Assembly (NCBI GenBank): GCA_036298925.1
Contig: JAXJIC010000027.1
Location: 18,153 to 82,152 of the forward strand
DNA: 64,000 nucleotides
Reading direction: 5' to 3'
Origin: Collinsella aerofaciens
GTDB lineage: Bacteria > Actinomycetota > Coriobacteriia > Coriobacteriales > Coriobacteriaceae
A model generated the notes under the pieces. That model saw only the letters and a list, made by a program, of their open reading frames with translations, did no database searches and was not told where the DNA came from. The position numbers were made by a program, and so were the translations under genes. Below are positions 25,628 to 34,212 of the stretch, in pieces (the first letter of the stretch is position 1; every line of letters starts with the position of its first letter).

Positions 25628-26707
25628 CTACTCCCCGTGATGGTGGCCGCAGCAGCACTCATGGCCGTCGTCATGGCCGTGGCCGCCGCAGCACTCGTGG
25701 TCCTCGCCGTGATGGTGACCGCAACCGCACTCATGGTCGTCGCCGTGCTCGCCGCAACCGCAGCCGTCCTCGTGAGCGCCATGCTCCTCGGGACGATACT
25801 GCGACCAGTCCAGACCGGCGGCGATAGCGTCGGCCTCCTCCTTGTAGAGGACCGTGATGGCCTGGGTGCCCAGCTTGGCGCCACCGATGGCGTCGAGCAT
25901 GTCGTAGAGCGTAAAGGCGACGTCGGCGCCGGGCAGCGCGAGCTCGCGGTCATCGGCGTAGGCGAGCGCCAGGCGCAGGTCCTTGATGAAGTGCTCGACC
26001 ATAAAGCCGGGCTTGTAGTCGCCGTCGAGCGCCTTGGGCGCCAGGCTCTCCATGGCGCCGGACTTACCGGTGCCGCCCAGGATCATCTGGCGGGTCTTCT
26101 CCAGGTCAAGGCCGCTCAGCTCGGCAAACGCCATGGCGTCTGCCATGCCGACCATGCAGGCGCCCAGCGACACCTGGTTGGCGAGCTTGGCAGCCTGGCC
26201 CTTGCCGGCGCCATCGAAGCAGCAGATGTTTGCCGCAAAGGTGGAAAGGATATCGCGGACCGGCGCGATATCGTTCTCGGTAGCGCCCACGATAGCCGTG
26301 AGCGTACCGGCGATAGCACCCGACTCGCCGCCGGTGACGGGGCAGTCAAACGCCATGCGGCCGGAAACCTGGGCGGCCTCGGCAATGTCGCGCGCCAGCT
26401 CGGGCGAGCTCGTGGTGAGGTCGATCAGGACCGCGCCGGGCTTAGTGCACGCGAGCAGGCCGTCGCCCGCCAGGTAGAGCTCCTCGACCTCGGAGGGATA
26501 GCCCACCATGGTAAAGACGACATCGGCGTTAGCCACGGCATCGGCCGGCGTATCGGCCCAAGCGGCACCGCGCTCGATAAGCGCGGCAGCCTTGGACTTG
26601 GTGCGGTTGTTGACCGTGACGGGATAGCCGGCATCCAGGATGTGACCGGCGATGGGGGCACCCATGATTCCGGTGCCGATAAATGCGACGGAGAGCTTGT
26701 TTGCCAT
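25628..26707 (-). CDS. NAD(P)-dependent beta-hydroxyacid dehydrogenase (HIBADH/GarR family) with a C-terminal His/Cys-rich extension
   Basis: Rossmann motif VAFIGTGIMGAPIAGH and a family body. The last 53 residues, EEHGAHEDGCGCGEHGDDHECGCGHHHGEDHECCGGHGHDDGHECCCGHHHGE, are additional. Confidence 0.8.
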   Translation of the reverse strand: MANKLSVAFIGTGIMGAPIAGHILDAGYPVTVNNRTKSKAAALIERGAAWADTPADAVANADVVFTMVGYPSEVEELYLAGDGLLACTKPGAVLIDLTTSSPELARDIAEAAQVSGRMAFDCPVTGGESGAIAGTLTAIVGATENDIAPVRDILSTFAANICCFDGAGKGQAAKLANQVSLGACMVGMADAMAFAELSGLDLEKTRQMILGGTGKSGAMESLAPKALDGDYKPGFMVEHFIKDLRLALAYADDRELALPGADVAFTLYDMLDAIGGAKLGTQAITVLYKEEADAIAAGLDWSQYRPEEHGAHEDGCGCGEHGDDHECGCGHHHGEDHECCGGHGHDDGHECCCGHHHGE

Positions 26708-26805
26708 GAAACCTTTCCTTTTGGGTTGGGTGTTGTTACCAGGTTGAATACTCGATGCCAGCGTTTGGGCAGTGAGCTGGGATCGATTACGGCCGCGTTA
26801 CTTGC

Positions 26806-27762
26806 CTACTGACCGCGCACGCGACGGGCGATGCGGTCGGAAAGCGACGCCTTGTCGGCGCGGTTCTTACCCCAAAACGCGCAGGCCACCATGCCGGGGC
26901 CCACGTGCGAGCCAATGGTGGGACCCACGGAGCTGCGAATGATCGTGACGTCGGCGCAGCCCTCCTCCTTGCGGATGGCGGCTTCGAGCCAGTCGCCGTC
27001 CTTTTCGGCATCGGCCGTCATGATGGCGATGGGCATGGTGCGGTCGGGCACGTAGTTCTCGCGGAACGACTTGAGGATGGACTTGAGCGCCTTCTTGCGG
27101 CCGCGGTTGACGCCGATCAGCGACAGCGAGCCGGCCAGGTCGTAGGAGAGCTCGGGCTTGACATCGAGCTTTGCCGTGAGCTGAGCCGCCGCGGGCGGAA
27201 TGCGGCCGCCGGCAGCCAGTGCGTCGAAGCTCTCGAGCGTAAAGTAGCCGTGGACGTAGGTCTTTGCCTCGTTTGCCCAATCGACCAGCTGCTTGGCGGT
27301 CAGTCCCGCCGAACGCTGGCGCACGGCCTCGAGCGCCAAGAGCGCGCCGGTCGCACAGGGCAGAGCGTTGTCGACCACGTAGAGCTCAAAGTTGGGATAC
27401 TCGGCGCGCACGGCGTCCGCCGCCTGGCACGCGGAGTTGTAGCTCGACGACAGCGCCGAGGTAAAGCACAGGTAGACCGTGGGCGTGCCCTCTTTGGCGC
27501 ACTCGGTAAAGAACTCGATATAGCGACCGAGCGACACAGCGGAGGTAGACACGCGAGCGCCGGCGCGCATACGGTCGTAGAACTCCTTAGGGCTCATGCT
27601 CGACCAGATATCGTCCGTGCGCTCCTCGCCATCGATGATAAAGGGGAAGCCCAAGATATCGACATCGAGGTTCGCGGCGACCTCGGGGCTAAAGTCGCAG
27701 CAGGTATCGACGACGATGCGGCAGCGGTCAGAATGGCCGGTAGATGCAGCCTTGTCCATCAA
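26806..27762 (-). CDS. DegV-family fatty-acid-binding protein
   Basis: 318 aa. IVVDTCCDFSPE..STSAVS..GRKKALKS..SHVGPG is the family pattern. Confidence 0.8.
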   Translation of the reverse strand: MMDKAASTGHSDRCRIVVDTCCDFSPEVAANLDVDILGFPFIIDGEERTDDIWSSMSPKEFYDRMRAGARVSTSAVSLGRYIEFFTECAKEGTPTVYLCFTSALSSSYNSACQAADAVRAEYPNFELYVVDNALPCATGALLALEAVRQRSAGLTAKQLVDWANEAKTYVHGYFTLESFDALAAGGRIPPAAAQLTAKLDVKPELSYDLAGSLSLIGVNRGRKKALKSILKSFRENYVPDRTMPIAIMTADAEKDGDWLEAAIRKEEGCADVTIIRSSVGPTIGSHVGPGMVACAFWGKNRADKASLSDRIARRVRGQ

Positions 27763-27774
27763 AGCGACTCCTTA

Positions 27775-27810
27775 CGTAAAAAAGGCGGCCATCCGCATGG
27801 GATGACCGCC
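27775..27810 (-). terminator. Hairpin with T-run after hpf, ending only 13 nt before the degV start
   Basis: On the minus strand GGCGGTCATCC pairs with GGATGGCCGCC, followed by TTTTTT. Confidence 0.55.
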
Positions 27811-27839
27811 AACCGTTAACTCATGCAAGTTAACGTATT

Positions 27840-28424
27840 TTACTCGTCAAGTGTTTCGATGCGGGGCTTGATGATGCCATATCCACCATTCTTACGGTGA
27901 TACACCACATTGATGAGGCCGGTCGTCGCGTTCTCGAACACGTAGAAGTCGTGACCGAGCAGATCGGTCTGCACCAGCGCCTGCTCCTCAGTCATCGGGG
28001 TGACATCGATGACCTTCTCGCGGACGAGCAGGTCGTCCTCCTCCTCGGGCAGCAACAGGTCGGCCAGATCCTCGACGCGCTCGACCGGTGCGACATCCGC
28101 TGCGCTGGCACCGCCCTGGCGGTTGTCCACGACCTTGGTCTTGTACTTGCGCAGCTGGCGGGTGACCTTATCGGCGGAGAGATCGATGGCAGCGTACATA
28201 TCTGCACCGTGCTCGGCAACACGAATCACGGAACCGCGGACACGAACCGTAACCTCGACGATTGCCGGGTTGGGGTTCGAGGGGTTCTTCTCATAGCGAA
28301 GTACAACGTCGACCGTCATGGGCTCGATATCGAAAACCTTGAGCGCCTCGCCGATCTTCTCATCCACATGCGCACGCAGAGCATCGGTTACCGTCGTCTT
28401 GCGTCCAGAAACCTTGATATCCAT
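27840..28424 (-). CDS. hpf: Ribosome hibernation-promoting factor, long form
   Basis: Start at ATG 28424 (MDIKVSGRKTTVTDALRAHVDEKI). The C-terminal dimerisation domain FYVFENATTGLINVVYHRKNGGYGII is present. Confidence 0.85.
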   Translation of the reverse strand: MDIKVSGRKTTVTDALRAHVDEKIGEALKVFDIEPMTVDVVLRYEKNPSNPNPAIVEVTVRVRGSVIRVAEHGADMYAAIDLSADKVTRQLRKYKTKVVDNRQGGASAADVAPVERVEDLADLLLPEEEDDLLVREKVIDVTPMTEEQALVQTDLLGHDFYVFENATTGLINVVYHRKNGGYGIIKPRIETLDE

Positions 28425-28640
28425 ACGTGGCTCCAATCTGCCTCGGGGACTTACTGTACTGGCTATGTACCCATTGCCGTGCATTTAATCACGCGGATTC
28501 CTAAAGACCCGAATAACGATTGCTTGATACCGCATACCGAAGTCTCGCACTTTTCCATGGCAAAGTGCGCTATAGGAAGGAGCCGGCGACTTTGTATTTG
28601 GTCCCGAAAATTGGCTTTGACCTGCTTGTTTTATAGGGAT

Positions 28641-28675
28641 GGAAAAGCCGGGCTCCCCTGTTGGGAAAGCCCGGC
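28641..28675 (-). terminator. Terminator after the solute-binding protein gene
   Basis: On the minus strand GCCGGGCT pairs with AGCCCGGC, followed by TTTTCC. Confidence 0.55.
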
Positions 28676-28741
28676 AGTGCGTGTTGAAACCGTGAAGAGG
28701 TTTCCTTTCCAACGTATAGGAGACACCACCCCTAGCAATAA

Positions 28742-29734
28742 CTAGCTATTAAGTTTGTTAATGTCGTCGTCGGTGATGGTGCCTTCCTGGCTGGACGATT
28801 TGTCCTCGGAGGATGCGGTCTCATTGTTGGAATCGGAGGACTCGCTGCCGGAAGGTGCGGAGCCAGACGACTGAAGGTTGGCACCAGATACCGTCTTGGT
28901 AGTGAGGTCGTAGGGCATCGTGCCGTACCAGACGCAGTGGACTGCCTCGAGCGTACCGTCGACCGTGATGTCGTCGAGGGCATCGCTCACGGCACGGCAC
29001 AGTTCGTCATTGGACGAGAGGCCCGCAACACCAAGCGTCGAGGGCGCCTCGAGCGCACCGACATAGGAGATCTCACTCATCAGGCGTGCAAGGTAGCCGC
29101 CGGCCGTTGAGTCGCAGATCACATAGTCGACCTCGCCGGACTCGAGCGCCTCAAAGCACTCGTTAATGTTGGAGTAGGTCTTTTGGTTGGCGGTGATGCT
29201 CTGCTTAGCAAGCGCCTCCTGCGAGGCCGAGGACATCTGAACACCCAGGGTGGACGTGTTAAGCGTATCGGTAGAAACGTTTAGCGACCCACCGTCATTG
29301 GTTTTGCCGAACACGGAAGCGGCATCGTACAGGCAGGTGCCGAGCGAGCTGACGTCCCCGTCCGTGGAGTTGATCTCGCCGATAAAGATATCGGCCTTTT
29401 TGTCGCCGAGCGCGGAACCTACCGAGGACGCATCGACGAAGGCGACCTTAAGTCCCATGCGGTTTGCGAGGGCGCGGGCGGCATCGACCGCATACCCCGT
29501 GAGCTCGCCGTCAGTGCCCTGCATTGCCTGCGGGGCATCGGAGGTATCGAGGGCAACCGTCAGGGTACCGGGGGTGACCAAGGCATCATCCGACACCGCC
29601 GGCGTGACGGTCTCGCACTCGATCTGGTCGATCGTGGGAGTCGTGAACGTAGACAGCGGGTTGAATGCGCATCCGCTCAGGCCCAAAACGGCGATGACCG
29701 CTGCGGTCCCAGCACCTAACCGAGCCGTGTGCAT
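28742..29734 (-). CDS. Family-3 (amino-acid type) ABC solute-binding lipoprotein with a Ser/Asp-rich C-terminal tail
   Basis: Signal peptide and lipobox MHTARLGAGTAAVIAVLGLSGC, plus a periplasmic-binding pattern (GELTGYAVDAARALANRMGLKV, ADIFIGE). The alternative start is 29752. No permease or ATPase gene is adjacent. The 183 upstream codons of the ORF track were rejected. Confidence 0.65.
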   Translation of the reverse strand: MHTARLGAGTAAVIAVLGLSGCAFNPLSTFTTPTIDQIECETVTPAVSDDALVTPGTLTVALDTSDAPQAMQGTDGELTGYAVDAARALANRMGLKVAFVDASSVGSALGDKKADIFIGEINSTDGDVSSLGTCLYDAASVFGKTNDGGSLNVSTDTLNTSTLGVQMSSASQEALAKQSITANQKTYSNINECFEALESGEVDYVICDSTAGGYLARLMSEISYVGALEAPSTLGVAGLSSNDELCRAVSDALDDITVDGTLEAVHCVWYGTMPYDLTTKTVSGANLQSSGSAPSGSESSDSNNETASSEDKSSSQEGTITDDDINKLNS

Positions 29735-30228
29735 CAAGCTGCCCCTCACCATGTCCACTACCCTGCCTTCTGTGTCGTATACGATCCGTGCGTTGCGCGG
29801 AATATCGGGTTGTTCCCACCAGCTGACCTGGTATTTGACCCCACACTTGCGCACCGGGGTGTTTGCTCGGGAGGCCGCAGCCACCTTCACGACTGGCCCG
29901 CTCGCCCGCGAGGCGGTATTGCCCCAAAGAAAGTAGAACGGACGGTGCGGCTTACATCTAGGACGCGCCATGATCGCGCCGCGCGCACGCGGTCGCTTAC
30001 GTGGATCCCTTTGACCGCGTCTGTCTTGGACTAGGACGGACATTTCGTCCGTCCGCAACCACAGCCTGGTAGGAACGTAGCGCATTATAGCTAAGTTCAA
30101 GCTAAAGTTTAAGGTTAGGGGCGTCATTCGCATCACGAGTACAGATTTCGCAGGTCGGAGTGGGCTATTCGTGCCCCTATGAGCCCGGAGCTCCCCTACG
30201 GGGAGCTCCGGGGCGCCCTTCTTAGGGT

Positions 30229-30453
30229 GCCGTGGCCAAAAAATGGCAAATATGAGTACTGTCACCAATTTAGTAACAGGCAATTTTTGCCTCTCGGACA
30301 GATTTTGCGCTCAGTATCGCTAACCTGATGCTTAGTTATTCTACATTTGTTTATTATCTTCTTACTTTACACCGCCTCAGAGTCCTAAATTCCTTGATTT
30401 TGCTGTTACTGATTTAGTGACAGTACTCATATTTGGCATTTTTTGGCCAGGGC
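30229..30453. mobile_element. MITE-like element: about 51-bp terminal inverted repeats around a 122-bp AT-rich core
   Basis: Left IR 30229-30280 matches the reverse complement of 30403-30453 at 46/51 positions by hand (GCCNTGGCCAAAAAATGSCAAATATGAGTACTGTCAC...AGTAACAG). No ORF lies inside. Confidence 0.6.
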
Positions 30454-30483
30454 ATATATCCAACCCCCTATTTCTCGGCATTA

Positions 30484-31593
30484 CTAGGCCGGTTTAAGCC
30501 CAAAACACGCTCGAAGCGTGTTAAGTAGGGCCTCTTGTTTCTTTCTGCGAGCGTCAACACGGTTGCGATATCGTTTTCCCATGCGTTGGAATATGCGCCA
30601 TGCGAGCGCCTCCATTGCTTCCATGTCGCAGAGCATTTCGTTGTTGACCGTCGCAACCTCGATTCCCATAGTAATCAAGCTCGTGTTGCGCTTTTCGTCG
30701 TGAATACGCCCGCCTCGAGACGAATGGCCCAGATCACCGTTGTATTCCAGGTCAAACCGCGCTGCTTCCTGATAGGCATCGCAGACCGCATGTGGCATGC
30801 CCGAAATCGCCTGCGCACGGTCATCGAACTCGATCTTGTAGTCGGTCTTAAAAGGTCCGCAGGCAAACCCGCCATAGGAAAACGGAAGCGAAAACAGGGC
30901 GAGCATGATGCACTCCATGGGTGAGCGCAGGTTTTCCGAAAGATAGGGACACAGACACTGTAGCTGTTTGGCCGCGTTCCCCTTGCATACCGCGAGGTAA
31001 TCTGCCAGACGGTTGGGCATCAGCACCGGCTCAACCTCAAAGTAGCCCACGTCTGCTGGCTGGTCCTTGTCCTTCGCAAGTTTATTCGTAACAGGCGAGG
31101 TGTAGGGAGGCAGATACTTCCCGCGATCACTCAGCGAAATCTTAGAGCACAGCTCTTGGGCCAGGGCAAATGCCTGGATGCAACCGACCTCGCGCGCGAC
31201 GGCTACGCAAAGGGCCTCGGGAGACAGACTGTATACACCCGGCTCCACCTCTAGAATCGAGCCGGCAGGCAACCCGGAACACACGGACCAGCCCACGCCA
31301 GGCATGCGGCGGCGCTGCGCCGCAGATCCCACCAGCAAGTACAGATCTTCTTGAACCTCGCCGCTTGCGGCCCCAATCCGCACCAAATCGGGAAGGTAGA
31401 TATCCTCGGTCGAGGGCGACGACGTGCGTAGTACACGGCGCTCCTCCTCGGGATCAAGGTCCCTCCAGCTTATGTAGCCCATCTGCCGGCGCTCGGCGCG
31501 CATCATGCGGAGCGCCGAGGCGCCTGTTAGGATTACGGAAGCCGCTAGCTGTTCACCTGTCGGCTCGTTGCGCCGCTCAAACTTTACTGCCAC
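30484..31593 (-). CDS. Hypothetical protein with a C-terminal DUF559/Vsr-like (restriction-endonuclease fold) signature
   Basis: The C-terminus FDLEYNGDLGHSSRGGRIHDEKRNTSLITMGIEVATVNNEML fits the pattern [V/L]EYDG..H......D..R...L...G. Start is tentatively GTG 31593, just after the comF stop. The ORF-track N-terminus overlaps comF and was rejected. Confidence 0.4.
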   Translation of the reverse strand: MAVKFERRNEPTGEQLAASVILTGASALRMMRAERRQMGYISWRDLDPEEERRVLRTSSPSTEDIYLPDLVRIGAASGEVQEDLYLLVGSAAQRRRMPGVGWSVCSGLPAGSILEVEPGVYSLSPEALCVAVAREVGCIQAFALAQELCSKISLSDRGKYLPPYTSPVTNKLAKDKDQPADVGYFEVEPVLMPNRLADYLAVCKGNAAKQLQCLCPYLSENLRSPMECIMLALFSLPFSYGGFACGPFKTDYKIEFDDRAQAISGMPHAVCDAYQEAARFDLEYNGDLGHSSRGGRIHDEKRNTSLITMGIEVATVNNEMLCDMEAMEALAWRIFQRMGKRYRNRVDARRKKQEALLNTLRACFGLKPA

Positions 31594-31603
31594 AAAACCA
31601 CCC

Positions 31604-32410
31604 CTACCAAACGCGTGCGATAGCAAGGCCATCGACAGCTGCAGCGCCGGCGCGCTTGAGCTCTGCCGAAGCCGCCGCCATGGTCGCGCCTGTAGTAATA
31701 ACGTCGTCGATAAGTAGCAGGCGGCGTCCGTACACGTCCTCAACCGTCTCGTACATGCCTTGGACACGCTCGCGGCGCTCGTCGCGGCCGAGTTCACGCT
31801 GGTCGCCATGCCCGTACTTGACCAGGGCGTCCAGCAACGGCACACCCGAAAGATCGCAAAATGGACGCGCAATGGCCTCCATATGATCAAAGCCGCGCCG
31901 CCGAAACGCTGCCGCCGTCGCAGGCACAAACACTACCGCATCCGCACCGGACAGCACGCCGCCGTAGCGATCGGGCGCTACGACCTGGGCATGCAGGGCC
32001 GTGTCATAGAGCAGCTCCGCCAAATACGGAGCCAGACGTTGCTCGCCTGCGTCCTTGTACGCTTTAATGATGCGCGGCAGCGGATGCGCATAGACGGCGC
32101 ACGCCAGGCAGCGGTCGAGCGCTTCGACCATTGCCGAAGACGCGCCCTCGACCGAACACTCAGTGCACAGCAAATCCCCAAACGGGGCGCCGCATAGGGT
32201 GCAGCTATGACATGGGTCGATGAGCGTAAGCGCGGCCAGACAATCTTGGCAAATCAGCGCACCAGCGCGCTCGCAACCGGCACATCGCGTGGGCGACAAC
32301 GCCTCAAGCGCCTCGTGTACCGCCAGCTCGGCAAACGGCAGCAATTCGTCCGCAAACGGTAGGTCTCCGACACCCTGCAGACGGCTCAATATGTTCAGAT
32401 GGCTCTTCAA
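31604..32410 (-). CDS. comFC: ComF-family phosphoribosyltransferase-fold protein
   Basis: An N-terminal double CxxC zinc finger (CAGC..CQDC..CTLCG..CTEC) and the PRT motif LLLIDDVITTGAT. Confidence 0.8.
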   Translation of the reverse strand: MKSHLNILSRLQGVGDLPFADELLPFAELAVHEALEALSPTRCAGCERAGALICQDCLAALTLIDPCHSCTLCGAPFGDLLCTECSVEGASSAMVEALDRCLACAVYAHPLPRIIKAYKDAGEQRLAPYLAELLYDTALHAQVVAPDRYGGVLSGADAVVFVPATAAAFRRRGFDHMEAIARPFCDLSGVPLLDALVKYGHGDQRELGRDERRERVQGMYETVEDVYGRRLLLIDDVITTGATMAAASAELKRAGAAAVDGLAIARVW

Positions 32411-32511
32411 GACACAACCCTCCCTACGTTCGGTCGCAGGGAGGGTTGTTGATTCAGCGCTATGATACCCCGATGCTCTCGGGGCAAGGCGGGCTAATCC
32501 GCTCGCGGGCG

Positions 32512-34212
32512 TTATTCGCCGGCGGGCGGTTGCGGTGCGGACGAGCTCGGGGTCGAGCCCTCGCCACCATCCTGGCGCGGTTTACGGGAACGGCGACGGC
32601 GACGGCGCTTTTGACCCTGGTCGGCCGAGCCCTCGCCACCACGGCCCTCACGCGGCTCGCGCTCATCGCGAGCGGCGCCACGCGAAGTCTTGGCAGCCGC
32701 TCCTCCGCCATCTCCGGGGCGACGGCGCGTGACCTTGACCTCGCCATCCGAAACCTGATCAGCCACAGAAGGAACCGAAGGCTTCTGCTGCGTGCCCGAG
32801 GAATGGCGACGGCGCGGACGCGGTGCGCGCTCCTCCTCGCCACGCGGCTTGCCACCCTTGTCGGCAGGCGCATCGGAACCCGAGCCGCCCTTGGGAGCGG
32901 CGCCGGCCTCGCGAGCGGCTACAGCGCGGAAGGCGTCCTCGCGCTCCTCGCTCGACAGATGACGGCGACGACGGCGCGTGGGGTTCATACCGCCGCCACG
33001 GTTCTGCTGCTGGGGCTGCTGAGCCTCACGCTCGCGGGAAGCGTTCTTGCCCGCGGCTGCGGCCTCGCCGGCATCGCCCGAGCCCGCGCGCTTGCGGCGG
33101 CGACGGCCACCGGCGGCTTCCTCGACCTCGGGCGTCTCGGCCTTGCCGCGACCCTTGCCGCGGCCACGACCCTCGCCCTGGCCCTGACCGGCGCGGGCAT
33201 CGGAATCGGCATCGCGACGACGGCGCTTGGGCATCGACGTGCCAGCCAGACGGTCGGCGCTCGACAGGCCATCGCCCACGTCGACGCCGTTCTCGCGGTC
33301 GAGCTCCATGAGCGCCAGGCGCATCTCGGGCGACTCGATGCGCTCGAGCACGTCACGCGTCACGCAGTCGGGGCGGCAGTTGCAACCCTGCTCGGCAGCC
33401 TTCTTTTTGCAGCCCTCCGTGCAGGTCATGTCGGCCAAGTTGACCTTAAAGACCTTGCCGTTCTCCAGGCGCAGCACCAGCTGCTCGCGCGGGGTGTCGT
33501 ATTCCTGGATACGCGCCTTACCGAGCGGCGTATCGATGAGCGTCTTCTTTTTTGGCGCGCGGCTCTTGAAGTCCTTGTACGCCTCGAACTCATAGCGCAG
33601 GCAGCACATCAGGCGGCCGCACACGCCGCTGATCTTGGAGGAATTGAGCGGCAGGTCCTGCTCTTTTGCCATGCGAATCGAGACGGGCTCAAACTGTCCT
33701 CCAAAGCGCGTGCAGCAGAGTTCCTGTCCGCACTGGGCATAACCGCCCACCAGACGGGTCTCGTCGCGCACGCCGATCTGGCGCATGTCGACGCGAATGT
33801 GCAGCGTCGAGGACAGGTCCTTGACGAGCTGACGAAAATCGACGCGCTCCTCGGCCGCAAAGTAGAACACGGCCTTCTCGCCGCCAAACAGGTACTCGAC
33901 GCCGACCGGCTTCATCTCGAGGTCGAGCTCCTTGACCAGACGGCGGAAATCGACCATTGCCTCGTCACCCTGGATGGCCAGGTCGTCGGCAAGCTGCAGG
34001 TCGATGTCGCTGGCAACGCGCAGCACGGGCTTGAGCGGCTGACCGATCTCGTCTTGCGGCACCTCGAAGGGGTCGGCCGTGACCAGGCCAATCTCGGTTC
34101 CGCGCTCGGTGGAGCAAATTGCGTAATCTGCCTCGAGGATATCCAGATCCTGCGGGTCGAACCACAGGTCGCGCGAGGCGTAGGTAAACTTAACGGGTAC
34201 GACTAACGGCAT
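32512..34212 (-). CDS. ricT: PSP1-domain protein RicT/YaaT with a long Arg/Gly/Glu-rich C-terminal extension
   Basis: The first 300 or so residues match YaaT (FYFAAEERVDFRQLVKDL, CGQELCC, GVCGRLMCCLRYE). It sits in the conserved tmk-holB-yaaT order. Residues from about 310 to 566 are low complexity. Confidence 0.8.
   Translation of the reverse strand: MPLVVPVKFTYASRDLWFDPQDLDILEADYAICSTERGTEIGLVTADPFEVPQDEIGQPLKPVLRVASDIDLQLADDLAIQGDEAMVDFRRLVKELDLEMKPVGVEYLFGGEKAVFYFAAEERVDFRQLVKDLSSTLHIRVDMRQIGVRDETRLVGGYAQCGQELCCTRFGGQFEPVSIRMAKEQDLPLNSSKISGVCGRLMCCLRYEFEAYKDFKSRAPKKKTLIDTPLGKARIQEYDTPREQLVLRLENGKVFKVNLADMTCTEGCKKKAAEQGCNCRPDCVTRDVLERIESPEMRLALMELDRENGVDVGDGLSSADRLAGTSMPKRRRRDADSDARAGQGQGEGRGRGKGRGKAETPEVEEAAGGRRRRKRAGSGDAGEAAAAGKNASREREAQQPQQQNRGGGMNPTRRRRRHLSSEEREDAFRAVAAREAGAAPKGGSGSDAPADKGGKPRGEEERAPRPRRRHSSGTQQKPSVPSVADQVSDGEVKVTRRRPGDGGGAAAKTSRGAARDEREPREGRGGEGSADQGQKRRRRRRSRKPRQDGGEGSTPSSSAPQPPAGE

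Noticed and set aside
29753-30228. Riboswitch (for example c-di-AMP/ydaO type) in the long leader of the binding-protein gene
   Set aside because: I looked for the conserved ydaO, glycine, SAM and T-box cores by eye and found none. Only generic hairpins are present, and a covariance-model scan would be needed to settle it.
29735-30283. 183-codon N-terminal extension of the binding-protein ORF (track ORF 28742-30283)
   Set aside because: The extension runs through the MITE-like repeat and hairpins and is Arg/Pro-rich. A classical lipoprotein signal peptide starts at the internal Met (29734).
31594-31929. N-terminal 112 codons of track ORF 30484-31929
   Set aside because: They overlap the 3' end of comF in another frame and are Arg/Cys-rich nonsense. 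The gene was trimmed to the first plausible start after the comF stop.
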